From NCBI RefSeq assembly GCF_947501425.1, contig NZ_CANMVN010000007.1, positions 98,197 through 162,196 of the forward strand: a stretch of 64,000 bases of DNA, read 5' to 3'. Numbering within the stretch: position 1 is the stretch's first letter; each line of letters starts with the position of its first letter. This DNA is from an uncultured Psychroserpens sp. GTDB lineage: Bacteria; Bacteroidota; Bacteroidia; Flavobacteriales; Flavobacteriaceae. Shown here in pieces: positions 38,988-49,601 of this stretch. Made by a program: the position numbers and the translations under genes. The notes under the pieces are model-generated. The model searched no databases, was not told the origin of the DNA, and worked only from the letters and a program-made list of their open reading frames with translations.

Positions 38988-39908
38988 TTAGTTATCATCC
39001 TCGTCTTCCTCTTCATCTAAGGTTACGATAACGCCTTCAGACTTGATATTAATAAAATCATATTGCGCCAAGTTTGGTAACTGTTTTTGTAATTCTACTA
39101 ATTCACCTTTAAAGTCATTATTTCCAATCAATAACACTTTTAAATTAACCAGATTAGCCATCTCGTTTGGCAACTTTCCGTAAAATGCATTATCAGAAAT
39201 TACTAATTCTTCAAGATGTACTAAGCTACAAATGGAGCTTGGTAAAGTTCCGAAGAAATTATTATCAAACACACTAAGTTTTTTTAAACCTTTAGCATTA
39301 GATAATGTGGATGGTAATTTACCTGAGAACTGATTACTACTTAGCAACATTTCTTTTAGGTTGACTAGGTTACCAATAGTAGATGGTAATTCTCCAGTAA
39401 TTTGATTATTGTATAATTCTAATGTTTTTAAATTTGATAATTGTCCGATCGATGTTGGAAGCTCACCTCCAATTGCATTCATGAACAATTTTAGTTTTCT
39501 CAAAGATTCTAATTCTCCTATTTCATTAGGTAAAGGTGCATTCAACATATTGAATGAAATATTCAATGTTTCCAAAGATTTTAAATTTGAAATCGTTGTA
39601 GGAATTGCTCCAGTAATCTTATTTCTAAAAAAATTGATATGTTTTAAATGAACTAGGTTTCCTAATTCCTCAGGAAGTTCGCCTCTAAGGTTATTGAATT
39701 CTAAATTAAGCTCAATAACTTTATCGTCTTTTACAACAACACCATACCATTCTTGTACAGGTTTTTCTAAATCCCAAGTTGTTCTCCAAAGATTTCCGTT
39801 TGTTGAGTTGTATAAGGCTTGTAAAGCTTCTTTTTCTTCTGTAGATACGCTACCAAAGGACAATAAGGCAACGAAACACATTAATAGTGTAATTTTAGCG
39901 GTTTTCAT
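38988..39908 (-). CDS. Secreted leucine-rich repeat protein (24-residue plant-type LRRs)
   Basis: Signal peptide; cap EKEALQALYNSTNG..W...W.GV; ~8 LxxLxLxxNxLxGxLPxxIGxL repeats; acidic tail. Confidence 0.88.
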   Translation of the reverse strand: MKTAKITLLMCFVALLSFGSVSTEEKEALQALYNSTNGNLWRTTWDLEKPVQEWYGVVVKDDKVIELNLEFNNLRGELPEELGNLVHLKHINFFRNKITGAIPTTISNLKSLETLNISFNMLNAPLPNEIGELESLRKLKLFMNAIGGELPTSIGQLSNLKTLELYNNQITGELPSTIGNLVNLKEMLLSSNQFSGKLPSTLSNAKGLKKLSVFDNNFFGTLPSSICSLVHLEELVISDNAFYGKLPNEMANLVNLKVLLIGNNDFKGELVELQKQLPNLAQYDFINIKSEGVIVTLDEEEDEDDN

Positions 39909-40050
39909 AATAATAGATTGTTTAGGGACAACAATTTATAATCACGAATGTAGCAGAATATCGGATATATGACAATTTTTTTCGATGAAATGCATAGCCG
40001 TTCATCGAATAAAAATTTAAATATCTGATTAACAGTAGTTTAACATTTGT

Positions 40051-40233
40051 CTACTGTTCTATGTTTTGGGCTTCAAAACCCGTAATTTCTTGATTTTCTG
40101 TAGTTATATGTAATTGAATAGGATTACAACACACTTCGCAATCTTCAATATAAGTTTGTTGAGACTGAGAGATATCTATAAGCATGGATATGGATTCCCA
40201 GCAATATGGACATTGAAAAAAATACTCTTCCAT
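40051..40233 (-). CDS. CPXCG-motif small Cys-rich (zinc-finger-like) protein
   Basis: CPYCWE ... EDCEVCCNP. Confidence 0.85.
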   Translation of the reverse strand: MEEYFFQCPYCWESISMLIDISQSQQTYIEDCEVCCNPIQLHITTENQEITGFEAQNIEQ

Positions 40234-40241
40234 GGTCTAAC

Positions 40242-41561
40242 TTATAGTTCTACATTAAGCAATTCTCCGCTCAATTGTAAGACGGTTAGCTCGGCCAATT
40301 TCGCATCATATTTGGCTTGATTTCTACTCAATTCAGAATTCAATAAATTGAGTTGCGCTTGTCTAAATTCGATAGACGTTACTTGTCCGATCTTAAATTT
40401 CTCTTGAGTTCGATCAAAATTATTCTGAGCGGTTTTGATATTATCTTCTTGTACTTGATAAATGATTAATTTGTTTTGATAATCATCCCAAGCATTATTA
40501 AAATTACGTTCAATATCTATAAGCAATTGTTCTTTCTGTAACTTTTGATTCTCGAGATTAATTTTAGAATTCCTGATTCGAGTTAATGTTCCGCCTCCAT
40601 CAAATAAATTCCATGTTAAATTGAGTCCGCCAGATAATCCAGTATTGGTGGATACCGCTACGAAAGATGCAGCATTGTTATTATTTTTATTCCAACCGTA
40701 GGTCCCGTTAAGACTGATAGCAGGCAATATTTGAGTCGCTTTATTTATTTTGACATCCAATGCACTAATGGCTATATTCTTTTCAATTTGAAGTAGCGAG
40801 ACGTTATTAGCTTTTGTTTTTGCAAGAAGATCTTCTTTATTTAATTGAAATAAAAAATTAACGTCGGTATCAACATCAAAGAGCTCTGAAAGCTGATTAC
40901 CAATAATCACATTAAGATCACGCTTTGTATTCTTTAATTGTTGCTTTGCATTTATAAGATTAATACTATCGTTGTTGATATCTACTTCAGCATTCAATAC
41001 TTCCAGTTTGGTGCTTTGTCCGTAATCAAACTGATAACCAGCACGTGTAAGTCTATCTCTTGATATCACTATAGTTTGCTCCAAAGCCTCTGTGTTTTCT
41101 GAAAGCTGAGCTACAGTGTAATAGACTGAGAACAGTTGAAGTATCGTGGTCTCAATAGTTTCGCGGGCTTGCAGTTCAGATAATTGGTATTCTTCTTTTA
41201 ATTGCTTGTAGTTATACTTTCGCCCTAGCCCATCAAAAAGGATGTAGTTCAAATTTAATGACGCATTATACCGATTACTTTCCGCACCATCTAAAACTGC
41301 TACCTCTCCGTTTGTAAATTCAGCTTCTGTATTATCGATGTTATAAACTGCACCTGCATTTCCTGTAAGCGTTGGCAAATAACCGGAGTTAAGAATACTG
41401 GTATTATTTTCGGCAACTTCAATAGCATTATTAGCTATTTGTATGCCATAGTTATGCTCTAAAGTAAGTTTGACAGCATCTTCAGTGCTCAATACTTGCT
41501 GAGCATTGGCATACATTCCGAAGAAAACTAAAGTATATGTGATATAAATTCTAATGTCCAT
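40242..41561 (-). CDS. TolC family outer-membrane efflux protein
   Basis: Signal peptide, GYLPTL, LFDGLG/LFDGGG repeats, GQVTSIEFRQAQ. Confidence 0.92.
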   Translation of the reverse strand: MDIRIYITYTLVFFGMYANAQQVLSTEDAVKLTLEHNYGIQIANNAIEVAENNTSILNSGYLPTLTGNAGAVYNIDNTEAEFTNGEVAVLDGAESNRYNASLNLNYILFDGLGRKYNYKQLKEEYQLSELQARETIETTILQLFSVYYTVAQLSENTEALEQTIVISRDRLTRAGYQFDYGQSTKLEVLNAEVDINNDSINLINAKQQLKNTKRDLNVIIGNQLSELFDVDTDVNFLFQLNKEDLLAKTKANNVSLLQIEKNIAISALDVKINKATQILPAISLNGTYGWNKNNNNAASFVAVSTNTGLSGGLNLTWNLFDGGGTLTRIRNSKINLENQKLQKEQLLIDIERNFNNAWDDYQNKLIIYQVQEDNIKTAQNNFDRTQEKFKIGQVTSIEFRQAQLNLLNSELSRNQAKYDAKLAELTVLQLSGELLNVEL

Positions 41562-41570
41562 CGTCTTCTT

Positions 41571-44500
41571 TTATTCTTTTAATTCAGATTCTGATACGTC
41601 AGAAACCTTATGACCTTCATCTAATTTCAATGTCGGTTGTTCTTCTATAAAATGACCCTCGTTTTGTTCTTTGATTGCACGTTCTACTTCCTCTTTGCTT
41701 ACCTCACGATTGGTCCACAACCATTTTATATTTTTCTTTATATCGTTACTAAATGCCAAAAATAGTGGCAATACCAATAAGGTTAAAATGGTGGCATATC
41801 CAATCCCAAAAGAAATAGAAATTGCCATTGGTTTTAGAAATTGTGCTTGCCTACTTTTTTCTAACAATAGAGGTGCAAGACCAGCAATTGTTGTCAGTGA
41901 GGTTAGAAAAATAGCTCTAAACCTTGACTTACCAGCTTCACTAAGCGCCATGTCAAATTTCATTCCCTCCTTCAAATTACTATTAAATTTACCTATTAGT
42001 ACAAGGCCATCATTAACCATAATTCCTATAAGTGCAATGATTCCCAAAAGAGATAATATATTTACGGAAAACCCTAAAAGCCAATGTCCCCATGCCACAG
42101 CTGTTAAACTAAATGGCACCAGTAACAGTAATAAAATAGGCTGACTATAACTTCGGAATGTAAATGCTATAGTAACATAAATCAACAATAAGATTACTCC
42201 TCCTGCAGACTTCAGAGAGCTTGCTAACTTTGAGGCTTCACGATTTTGACCTTCAAAAGAAGCTGTGATTGTTGGGTATTTAGATTGTAAATCTGGAATG
42301 GTATTGTTTCTAATATCATCCAGAATATCTGTAGCACTAGAACTCGGATCTTTAAGATCAGCCGAGATACGAATTTCTCTCTGACCTTCAAGGTGATTTA
42401 CAGCAACATCACCTCTTTCAATAGTATATATTGCAATATCCTTAAGCGTTACACGCTCTCCAGATGGTGTTTGAATACGCATATCATCTAAGTCATTTAT
42501 TGATGCGCGATTGTTCCTGTCATAACGAACCCAAACACGTATTTCATCCTGTCCTCTCTGAAAACGCTGAGCTTGTGCACCAAAAAACCCAGAACGCACT
42601 TGAGTCATGACTGTTCTGAGATCTAAGCCCAGTAAATAAGCACTCTCTTTGAGCTCCAATCGGATTTCTTTAATACCAGCAGGATCATTATCCTCAACAT
42701 CTTTAAGGAGGGGATTTTCCTGGAGCACCTGTTTTAATTCTTCTTTAGCTGCTTTGAGTTCTTCAATATTATTACCTAACAATGCTACGGAAACAGGACT
42801 ACCTCCAAAATTTCCACCAGAACCAAAGATCAATCGCTCTGTTCCAATTACTGGTCCAACCAGTTCTCGTAACCTGTTTGCAACTAATGAGGATTTAATT
42901 TCATCAGGTCGTTCTTCACCTGGCAACATATTTATTACTAATTGAGCACTAGAACTACTATTTAGTGTTAAAATGGTATTTTCAAATAACTCTTTATCAG
43001 TTCCTGATAAGTACTCTTCAGTAAACTCTTTATTGACTATGAATGATTTTTCTTCAATCATAGAAATGATAGAATCTGTGATTTGTACATTGGTTCCATT
43101 TGGCATATCCAATTCTATCGATACACGATCACTGGCAATTGATGGAAACAGCGTCACACCAATAATGCCACCACCTATAGAACCAAATGTCAACACTAAC
43201 AAGGCAATAAAAATACCGAGTGATAACATTTTGAACTTTAAAACAAACCTTAAAACAGGTCCATAGATTTTATCTCTAAGGTAGCCCATTATACGATCAC
43301 CGAAAGCATTTATCCCTCTCATTTTGGCGAAAAACTGCTTGATCTTTGATGGGTTATCATCTTTTTTCTGTTTCCTAAGAGCTTTAGAATGTGCCAAATG
43401 CGCTGGTAAAATAATAAGAGCTTCTACGAGCGACACTGCCAATGTAAGAATCACAATCACTGAAACTTCACTAAAAAACTCTCCAATTCTACTATCCAGG
43501 AATAAGAATAGTGAAAATGCCAATAATGTTGTGACAATGGCCGATACTACAGGTGGAATCACTTCCATGGTACCATCTATAGCTGCTTGAATTGGGGTTT
43601 TACCCTTTTCATAATGTTGATATATATTTTCGGCAATAACAATACCGTCATCTACCAAGATACCAATAACGATAATCATCCCAAAAAGTGATAATACGTT
43701 GATGGTTACATCAAACTGACCTGCAAACATAAACATTCCTAAAAAGGAAATAGGTAACCCAAAAGCTACCCAAAATGCCAATCGGGTATTAAGAAATACA
43801 GATAGAAAAATAAGTACCAGAACTATTCCAAAAAAAGCATTCTCAGCAAGTAAAGCAGTACGTTGATTTAAGGTAATTGATAAATCTCTAACAACGTCCA
43901 GTCTAATATTTTCATATTTCTGATTATAAGACTCAATGTATTCTTTTACTTTATCTGCTGATGCAATTAAGTCTTCATTATTGGTACTTGTAACCGAAAT
44001 ATTGACAGACAACTGCTGATTAAAGTAGGTTGCATTTGGTGTTTCTGAAAAACGATCACGCACAATAGCTACATCTTTTAATCGCACTGTTTTACCATCA
44101 GAAGTAGCTCGAATAATTAAGTTAGACAGTTCATCACCATAGTACGAACGGTTATTTGCTCTAATCAGATACTCTTCAACATCAGTTTTAATATTACCAC
44201 CAGTAACCAGAATATTAGAAGTACTTACAGCTTGTGCTACATCGTTAAATGTCAAGTTATAGGCAAGTAAATCTGTTTCATTCACTGCAATTTCAATTTC
44301 CTCTGCAGGATATCCAGTGACCTGTACTTGAGATATACCTTCAATAGCTCTTAGATCATTCTCTATTTGACGTCCTAATTGTTTAAGAGTAGATAGCGGT
44401 ATATTATCTCCACTTAGTGCAAACGAAATGGTTTCTCGGATAGCTTCCTGTTTTGCAACCACCAATGGCTCCATTCCAGTAGGAAATGTTGGCACACGGT

Positions 44501-44840
44501 CTACAGCATTTTTGACTTCAAGGAGCATGAAGTCAATATTTTCACCTTTCTCAATCTCTACTGTTATGGTTCCGCTATTCTCACGAGATGTAGAGGTAAC
44601 GCGATCTATCCCTTTAAGACCTTTTAAGTTGTCTTCGATTTGTAATACAATTCCTTCCTCAATTTCCTGAGGTGATGCTCCTGGGTACGTAATACTAACA
44701 TTGATAATCTTTGAATCTACAAGTGGAAAGAAAGACGACTTTAGTGATAAATATCCAAGAATACCAAACACAAAGAATGCAAAAATAAAGACGTTAACAG
44801 CAACGTGATAACGAATGAAATAGGCAATTAACTTTCTCAT
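41571..44840 (-). CDS. RND efflux permease (AcrB/AcrD/AcrF family)
   Basis: YPGASPQEIEEGI, GILVDDGIVIAENI, RFRAIFLTSLTT; 12-TM pattern. Confidence 0.95.
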   Translation of the reverse strand: MRKLIAYFIRYHVAVNVFIFAFFVFGILGYLSLKSSFFPLVDSKIINVSITYPGASPQEIEEGIVLQIEDNLKGLKGIDRVTSTSRENSGTITVEIEKGENIDFMLLEVKNAVDRVPTFPTGMEPLVVAKQEAIRETISFALSGDNIPLSTLKQLGRQIENDLRAIEGISQVQVTGYPAEEIEIAVNETDLLAYNLTFNDVAQAVSTSNILVTGGNIKTDVEEYLIRANNRSYYGDELSNLIIRATSDGKTVRLKDVAIVRDRFSETPNATYFNQQLSVNISVTSTNNEDLIASADKVKEYIESYNQKYENIRLDVVRDLSITLNQRTALLAENAFFGIVLVLIFLSVFLNTRLAFWVAFGLPISFLGMFMFAGQFDVTINVLSLFGMIIVIGILVDDGIVIAENIYQHYEKGKTPIQAAIDGTMEVIPPVVSAIVTTLLAFSLFLFLDSRIGEFFSEVSVIVILTLAVSLVEALIILPAHLAHSKALRKQKKDDNPSKIKQFFAKMRGINAFGDRIMGYLRDKIYGPVLRFVLKFKMLSLGIFIALLVLTFGSIGGGIIGVTLFPSIASDRVSIELDMPNGTNVQITDSIISMIEEKSFIVNKEFTEEYLSGTDKELFENTILTLNSSSSAQLVINMLPGEERPDEIKSSLVANRLRELVGPVIGTERLIFGSGGNFGGSPVSVALLGNNIEELKAAKEELKQVLQENPLLKDVEDNDPAGIKEIRLELKESAYLLGLDLRTVMTQVRSGFFGAQAQRFQRGQDEIRVWVRYDRNNRASINDLDDMRIQTPSGERVTLKDIAIYTIERGDVAVNHLEGQREIRISADLKDPSSSATDILDDIRNNTIPDLQSKYPTITASFEGQNREASKLASSLKSAGGVILLLIYVTIAFTFRSYSQPILLLLLVPFSLTAVAWGHWLLGFSVNILSLLGIIALIGIMVNDGLVLIGKFNSNLKEGMKFDMALSEAGKSRFRAIFLTSLTTIAGLAPLLLEKSRQAQFLKPMAISISFGIGYATILTLLVLPLFLAFSNDIKKNIKWLWTNREVSKEEVERAIKEQNEGHFIEEQPTLKLDEGHKVSDVSESELKE

Positions 44841-44843
44841 CTC

Positions 44844-45986
44844 CTATTCGTTTTTGGTTGATTGGTCTTGTTGTTGTTTTGTTTCAAAAGGCTTAACCAA
44901 CATACCAGCATAAGCTCCCGGAACTGGTTTTGATAACATGATGGTGCCATTAGGCACATTTTTTAATACGACCTTAGTATCAGAAAAATACACAGGTTTA
45001 ACATTTATGATATCTAAAATACTATCTCTAACTATATAGATTTGCTCTCCATCTAACATCAAATTTCTATCAACCTCAATAGCATTTTGTTCATCTTTTG
45101 CGTTGAGATTAGCTTCCAGATACATCCCCTCTTTTAATGTTTCATCTTTAACTTCAATAAAAGCAGTAATGGTTTGCGTAGTAGCATCAATACTACCATT
45201 AACACGAGACACAACACCTGAAAAATTTTGAGTTTTTTCCAGATTGTTAAGTGCTACTTTTTCTCCAACCTTTAACAGGCTTGCATAGCTTTTACTTAGA
45301 GCAACTTCCATCTCATACACCGAAGGATCAATATATTCCCCTAATTTTTGTCCGTTTCTAATTAAAGACCCTTCAGTAACTAATGCTTCTGTTAGAATAC
45401 CTGAAAAAGGAGCTCTGATATTATATTTTGACAACCTTTGTTCTAAATTCTTAACATTATAATAATTTGAGACAATACCACGACCTGTAATAAAATAGTT
45501 TTCCTTTTCAGAAGTCATTTCAGGTAACTTGGGTGTTGTTTTATTGAGATCAAAATTATTGAGATAGCTTTGCCACTTCGGAAATACTTCAGGAAAATCC
45601 AATCGTAAATCTGGCATTATAGCTGCAATTGAATTGTAAAGATTACTTTTTGAGGATTGTACACTCGCATAATATTCGGAAGCATCAATACGAATTAAAG
45701 TCTCACCATTACGATATTCCTGACCAGGCTTAAATAGTTTGCCACTTGAATTAAAGACACCTTGAACTTCAGAGAACAATTCAATACGACGTTTTGCCAC
45801 CAAACTACCGTTTGCTGGAATTACAATTTGAACTGTCGAATTCTGAACAGTATCTGTAAAGACCGTTTTTATGACTTTTTCCGGAACTGGTTTAGGTTTT
45901 TTTTTATTCTCAATCAATCGGTTAGCAATGAAAACAGAGCCAGCAATGAGGACAATTCCTAGTACGGAAAGGATAATATTGCGCAT
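44844..45986 (-). CDS. RND periplasmic adaptor (membrane fusion protein)
   Basis: N-terminal TM, SEVQG, IRAPFSG, lipoyl/barrel pattern; first gene of the efflux operon. Confidence 0.9.
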   Translation of the reverse strand: MRNIILSVLGIVLIAGSVFIANRLIENKKKPKPVPEKVIKTVFTDTVQNSTVQIVIPANGSLVAKRRIELFSEVQGVFNSSGKLFKPGQEYRNGETLIRIDASEYYASVQSSKSNLYNSIAAIMPDLRLDFPEVFPKWQSYLNNFDLNKTTPKLPEMTSEKENYFITGRGIVSNYYNVKNLEQRLSKYNIRAPFSGILTEALVTEGSLIRNGQKLGEYIDPSVYEMEVALSKSYASLLKVGEKVALNNLEKTQNFSGVVSRVNGSIDATTQTITAFIEVKDETLKEGMYLEANLNAKDEQNAIEVDRNLMLDGEQIYIVRDSILDIINVKPVYFSDTKVVLKNVPNGTIMLSKPVPGAYAGMLVKPFETKQQQDQSTKNE

Positions 45987-46106
45987 AAATTTATGTAATG
46001 GTTAGTTAATTACAGTATAAAAAACAATATAAAAAATTGTGGTACAAAAGTATCTAAATACGAATGGATTGCAGTTAAAAAAAACTTAAAAGAGCATCCT
46101 CACAAT

Positions 46107-48014
46107 TTAGGATAAGTCTTCCAATTCGTATTGAATGGTTTCCCAATCTAACATTAGCTGTTTAAGTGTTTCTTTTTTAGCTTGGTAGCGATCAAAAAAT
46201 GTTTCATCTGCAACAGTAGTATCATAGTTGGTAGCTAATTCAACATCATCTTCTTTGATCTGCTTTTCCAACTGACTTATTTTTGATTCTATATTGCTTA
46301 GTTTATTATTTAAAGATTTAAGCTTTTTTTGATCTTCATAAGATTGCTTATTACTTGTTTTAGGTGTCTCTTTTATTACTGTTCGTCGTTCTACCTCTCG
46401 CAGGTTTTCAACATTTCGTTGATCTAAATAATAATCAATATCTCCTAAATACTCTTTAATCTTTTGGTCTTTAAACTCATAAACAACATTAGCTAAGCCT
46501 TGTAGAAAATCTCTATCGTGAGACACCAAAATTAGTGTGCCTTCAAATTTTTTGAGTGCCTCTTTAAGGACATTCTTTGATTTGATATCAAGATGGTTTG
46601 TAGGCTCATCCATCACCAACACATTAAGTGGTTGCAACATTAATTTTGCCAAAGCCAAACGATTTCGTTCTCCACCAGAAAGCACGCGAACATATTTCTC
46701 TACTTCATCGCCTCGAAACAAAAAAGAACCTAAAATATCACGTACTTTACTTCGGTTACTCTCATTAGCGGCATCGATCATCGTATCCAAAACCGTTTTA
46801 CTTCCGTCGAGATATTCGGCTTGATTTTGAGCAAAGTAACCAATCTGTACATTATGACCTAACTTCAAATGCCCTTGATATTTGATTTCACCAACAATGA
46901 TTTTAGCCAATGTCGATTTCCCTTGTCCGTTTTGTCCAACAAAAGCTGTTTTACTATCACGTTCAATCATGAGATTGATATTGGATAACACATGATTATC
47001 ATCATAGCTTTTAGACACATTTTCAGCTTCTATCACAACCTTTCCTGGTGTGACCGAAACAGGGAAGTTAAGCGTCATTACACTATTATCATCTGCATCA
47101 ACTTCAATACGTTCCATACGATCAAGCTTTTTGATAAGAGATTGAGCCATCGTAGCCTTACTGGCCTTAGCTCTAAACTTTTCAATCAGTTTCTCTGTTT
47201 GCTCAATCTGTTTTTGTTGATTCTTCTGAGAGGCTAACTGTTGTGCTTTAATTTCATTCCGAAGTACTAAAAATTTAGAATACGGTTTTGGATAATCATA
47301 GATTCTTCCCAAAGAAATTTCTATAGTACGATTGGTGACATTATCTAAAAACATTTTATCGTGAGATACAATCACCACAGCTCCAGAATAATTTTTCAAG
47401 AACCCTTCCAACCAGATAATAGATTCGATATCTAGGTGATTGGTAGGCTCATCAAGTAATAAAATATCGTTATTCTGTAATAATAATTTGGCGAGTTCAA
47501 TTCGCATTCGCCATCCACCAGAGAAGGTATCTGTTAGCTTGTCAAAATCTTCACGTTTGAATCCAAGCCCTTGTAAGATCTTTTCTGTTTCGCCTTGATA
47601 GTTATATCCTCCAATAATCTCATATTGATGCTGCACTTCATTAAGGTCTACCATTAATTGGTGGTATCCTTCACTTTCATAATCTGTACGTTCGGCTAAC
47701 TGCGTATTCACATCCTCCATCTTAGCCTCTAAAGCTTTTATCTCTTCAAATGCTTCATAAGACTCTTCCAGGACTGTTCTTCCATAAACAAAATCAATAT
47801 CCTGTTTTAAAAACCCAAAACTCAAATTCTTATCGGCTGCAATTTGCCCTGAATCAGGCTCTAACTCTTTAGATAAAATTTTAAGCATAGTAGACTTTCC
47901 TGCTCCATTTTTTCCTATCAAACCAATGCGATCGCCTGGACTCAATTTGAATGTGATATCTTCAAAAAGAAATTCGCCTTGAAATGAAATAGAAAGGTTA
48001 TGGATATTGAGCAT
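46107..48014 (-). CDS. ABC-F family ATPase
   Basis: Two NBDs (GKNGAGKST, FSGGWRMR, LLLDEPTNHLD; GQNGQGKST, LSGGERNR), linker and C-terminal coiled coil; no TM segments. Confidence 0.95.
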   Translation of the reverse strand: MLNIHNLSISFQGEFLFEDITFKLSPGDRIGLIGKNGAGKSTMLKILSKELEPDSGQIAADKNLSFGFLKQDIDFVYGRTVLEESYEAFEEIKALEAKMEDVNTQLAERTDYESEGYHQLMVDLNEVQHQYEIIGGYNYQGETEKILQGLGFKREDFDKLTDTFSGGWRMRIELAKLLLQNNDILLLDEPTNHLDIESIIWLEGFLKNYSGAVVIVSHDKMFLDNVTNRTIEISLGRIYDYPKPYSKFLVLRNEIKAQQLASQKNQQKQIEQTEKLIEKFRAKASKATMAQSLIKKLDRMERIEVDADDNSVMTLNFPVSVTPGKVVIEAENVSKSYDDNHVLSNINLMIERDSKTAFVGQNGQGKSTLAKIIVGEIKYQGHLKLGHNVQIGYFAQNQAEYLDGSKTVLDTMIDAANESNRSKVRDILGSFLFRGDEVEKYVRVLSGGERNRLALAKLMLQPLNVLVMDEPTNHLDIKSKNVLKEALKKFEGTLILVSHDRDFLQGLANVVYEFKDQKIKEYLGDIDYYLDQRNVENLREVERRTVIKETPKTSNKQSYEDQKKLKSLNNKLSNIESKISQLEKQIKEDDVELATNYDTTVADETFFDRYQAKKETLKQLMLDWETIQYELEDLS

Positions 48015-48099
48015 TTGCTACTTTTGTTACAATAAATTATTTATTAAAGCGTAAATTTGTACTTCATACTTAAAGCGCAAAAGTAATCAAATTTATATC

Positions 48100-48480
48100 A
48101 TGTTAAAAGGGACTAAAATTTATAGTATTTTCACAGGAGCATGCCCAAAATGTCATCAGGAGTCTATGTATAAAACTAAGAACCCATATGTATTGAATGA
48201 TGTATTAAAAATTAATGATCATTGTTCTCATTGCGGCACTCGCTATCGTTTAGAACCCTCTTTTTTCTATGGTTCTATGTATGTAAGTTATGGTGTTGGA
48301 ATAGCATTTGCAGTTGCTGCGTTTATCATTAGCTATCTCATAATTGAAACGTCCTTATTTATAGCTTTTTTATCAATAGTGGGCGCATTAATTCTCTTTG
48401 GTCCGATTATTATGAGACTTTCCAGAAATATATGGATCAACATGTTTATGAGTTATGATAAAACTCTAGTGAAGAAATAA
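48100..48480 (+). CDS. DUF983-like zinc-ribbon membrane protein
   Basis: CPKC...CSHCG...EPSFFYGSMYVSY followed by two TM helices. Confidence 0.82.
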   Translation: MLKGTKIYSIFTGACPKCHQESMYKTKNPYVLNDVLKINDHCSHCGTRYRLEPSFFYGSMYVSYGVGIAFAVAAFIISYLIIETSLFIAFLSIVGALILFGPIIMRLSRNIWINMFMSYDKTLVKK

Positions 48481-49527
48481 TCAGTGTTGAAATCTCCTGA
48501 TATCAATTTCAGAATCAAGCTCGTCACCCGATTCAATATGTTTAAATAATTGTTCAGCAACATAGGGTGAGATCATGACACCTCGAGTTCCTAATCCATT
48601 TAAAACGAATACATTTTTATGTTCTGGATGTGAACCTACTAATGGGCGACGATCTTTAGTTGTTGGTCTAATACCTGCTACTTGATTAACAACTTCAAAT
48701 GAGCAGCTAATGATCTGCTTTACTTTTTCAATAAGTTCTTCTCTTGCTTTTTCAGAAGTATTATGTGTTTTATCTTTTCTTTCATAAGTAGCACCAATCC
48801 AATATAAATCATCTCCTAACGGAACTATAAACACAGAGGATTTCAATATAAAATTCATCTTAAGATCTGGTGCTTTGATGGTTAACATTTCGCCTTTAGT
48901 GCCATTGAGTGGTAAATGATTAAAGAATGGGTTGTTTGACAAACCATATCCTTCGGCAAAAACAATATGTTTTGAGGCAATATTTTTGTACTGAATACCA
49001 TCAGGAAAGACCTCTAACAATTCATACTGAAATCTATCCTCACTGATCATACCATTATCCTGGAGGTAATTCTTATATGACTTTACTAATTGTGTTGTTC
49101 TGATTCTACCAGAATGTAAAACCTCACCAAAGCCATAATCTGCCCTTATATATGAATTTGTATTCTGTATCAGCTTAGTGGATAAAAAATCACTTAAAAC
49201 AGGCTTATCTGAAGCAATAAACCATTCATTTTGTTCTTCAATGGAAGCAAACTTTCTATAAACAGGTAATTTATAATCTAGTTTAATATTTAATAGTGTC
49301 TCTAAGAGTTTATATTTTGGTAACGCTAATGCCAACTGAGATTTAGCATTCCAAACTTTAGTAAATCGTTTTAAAATAACGGGATTGTATAAACCCGCAG
49401 CGACTTGTGAAGAGTGTTGCGACTGGTTATCAAACACAACAAATGATCGATTAGATGCTCTTAACTGTTCACAGAACGCAATTCCAGCCAAACCACAACC
49501 TACTACAATATAATCTACCTCTTTCAT
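48481..49527 (-). CDS. FAD-dependent oxidoreductase (DAO/glycine oxidase-like)
   Basis: VVGCGLAG, SSQVAAGLYNP, GTKGE, AGIRPTT.DRRPLVG, NGLGTRG. Confidence 0.88.
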   Translation of the reverse strand: MKEVDYIVVGCGLAGIAFCEQLRASNRSFVVFDNQSQHSSQVAAGLYNPVILKRFTKVWNAKSQLALALPKYKLLETLLNIKLDYKLPVYRKFASIEEQNEWFIASDKPVLSDFLSTKLIQNTNSYIRADYGFGEVLHSGRIRTTQLVKSYKNYLQDNGMISEDRFQYELLEVFPDGIQYKNIASKHIVFAEGYGLSNNPFFNHLPLNGTKGEMLTIKAPDLKMNFILKSSVFIVPLGDDLYWIGATYERKDKTHNTSEKAREELIEKVKQIISCSFEVVNQVAGIRPTTKDRRPLVGSHPEHKNVFVLNGLGTRGVMISPYVAEQLFKHIESGDELDSEIDIRRFQH

Positions 49528-49548
49528 GACTGCAAAAATACTGTAAAT

Positions 49549-49586
49549 AAAAAACGCTCACTAAAAATTTAGTGAGCGTTTTTTTT
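49549..49586 (-). terminator. Terminator downstream of gldKLMN
   Basis: AAAAAACGCTCACTAAA-A-TTTAGTGAGCGTTTTTT inverted repeat. Confidence 0.8.
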
Positions 49587-49601
49587 AATTTATGTCTTTA
49601 C

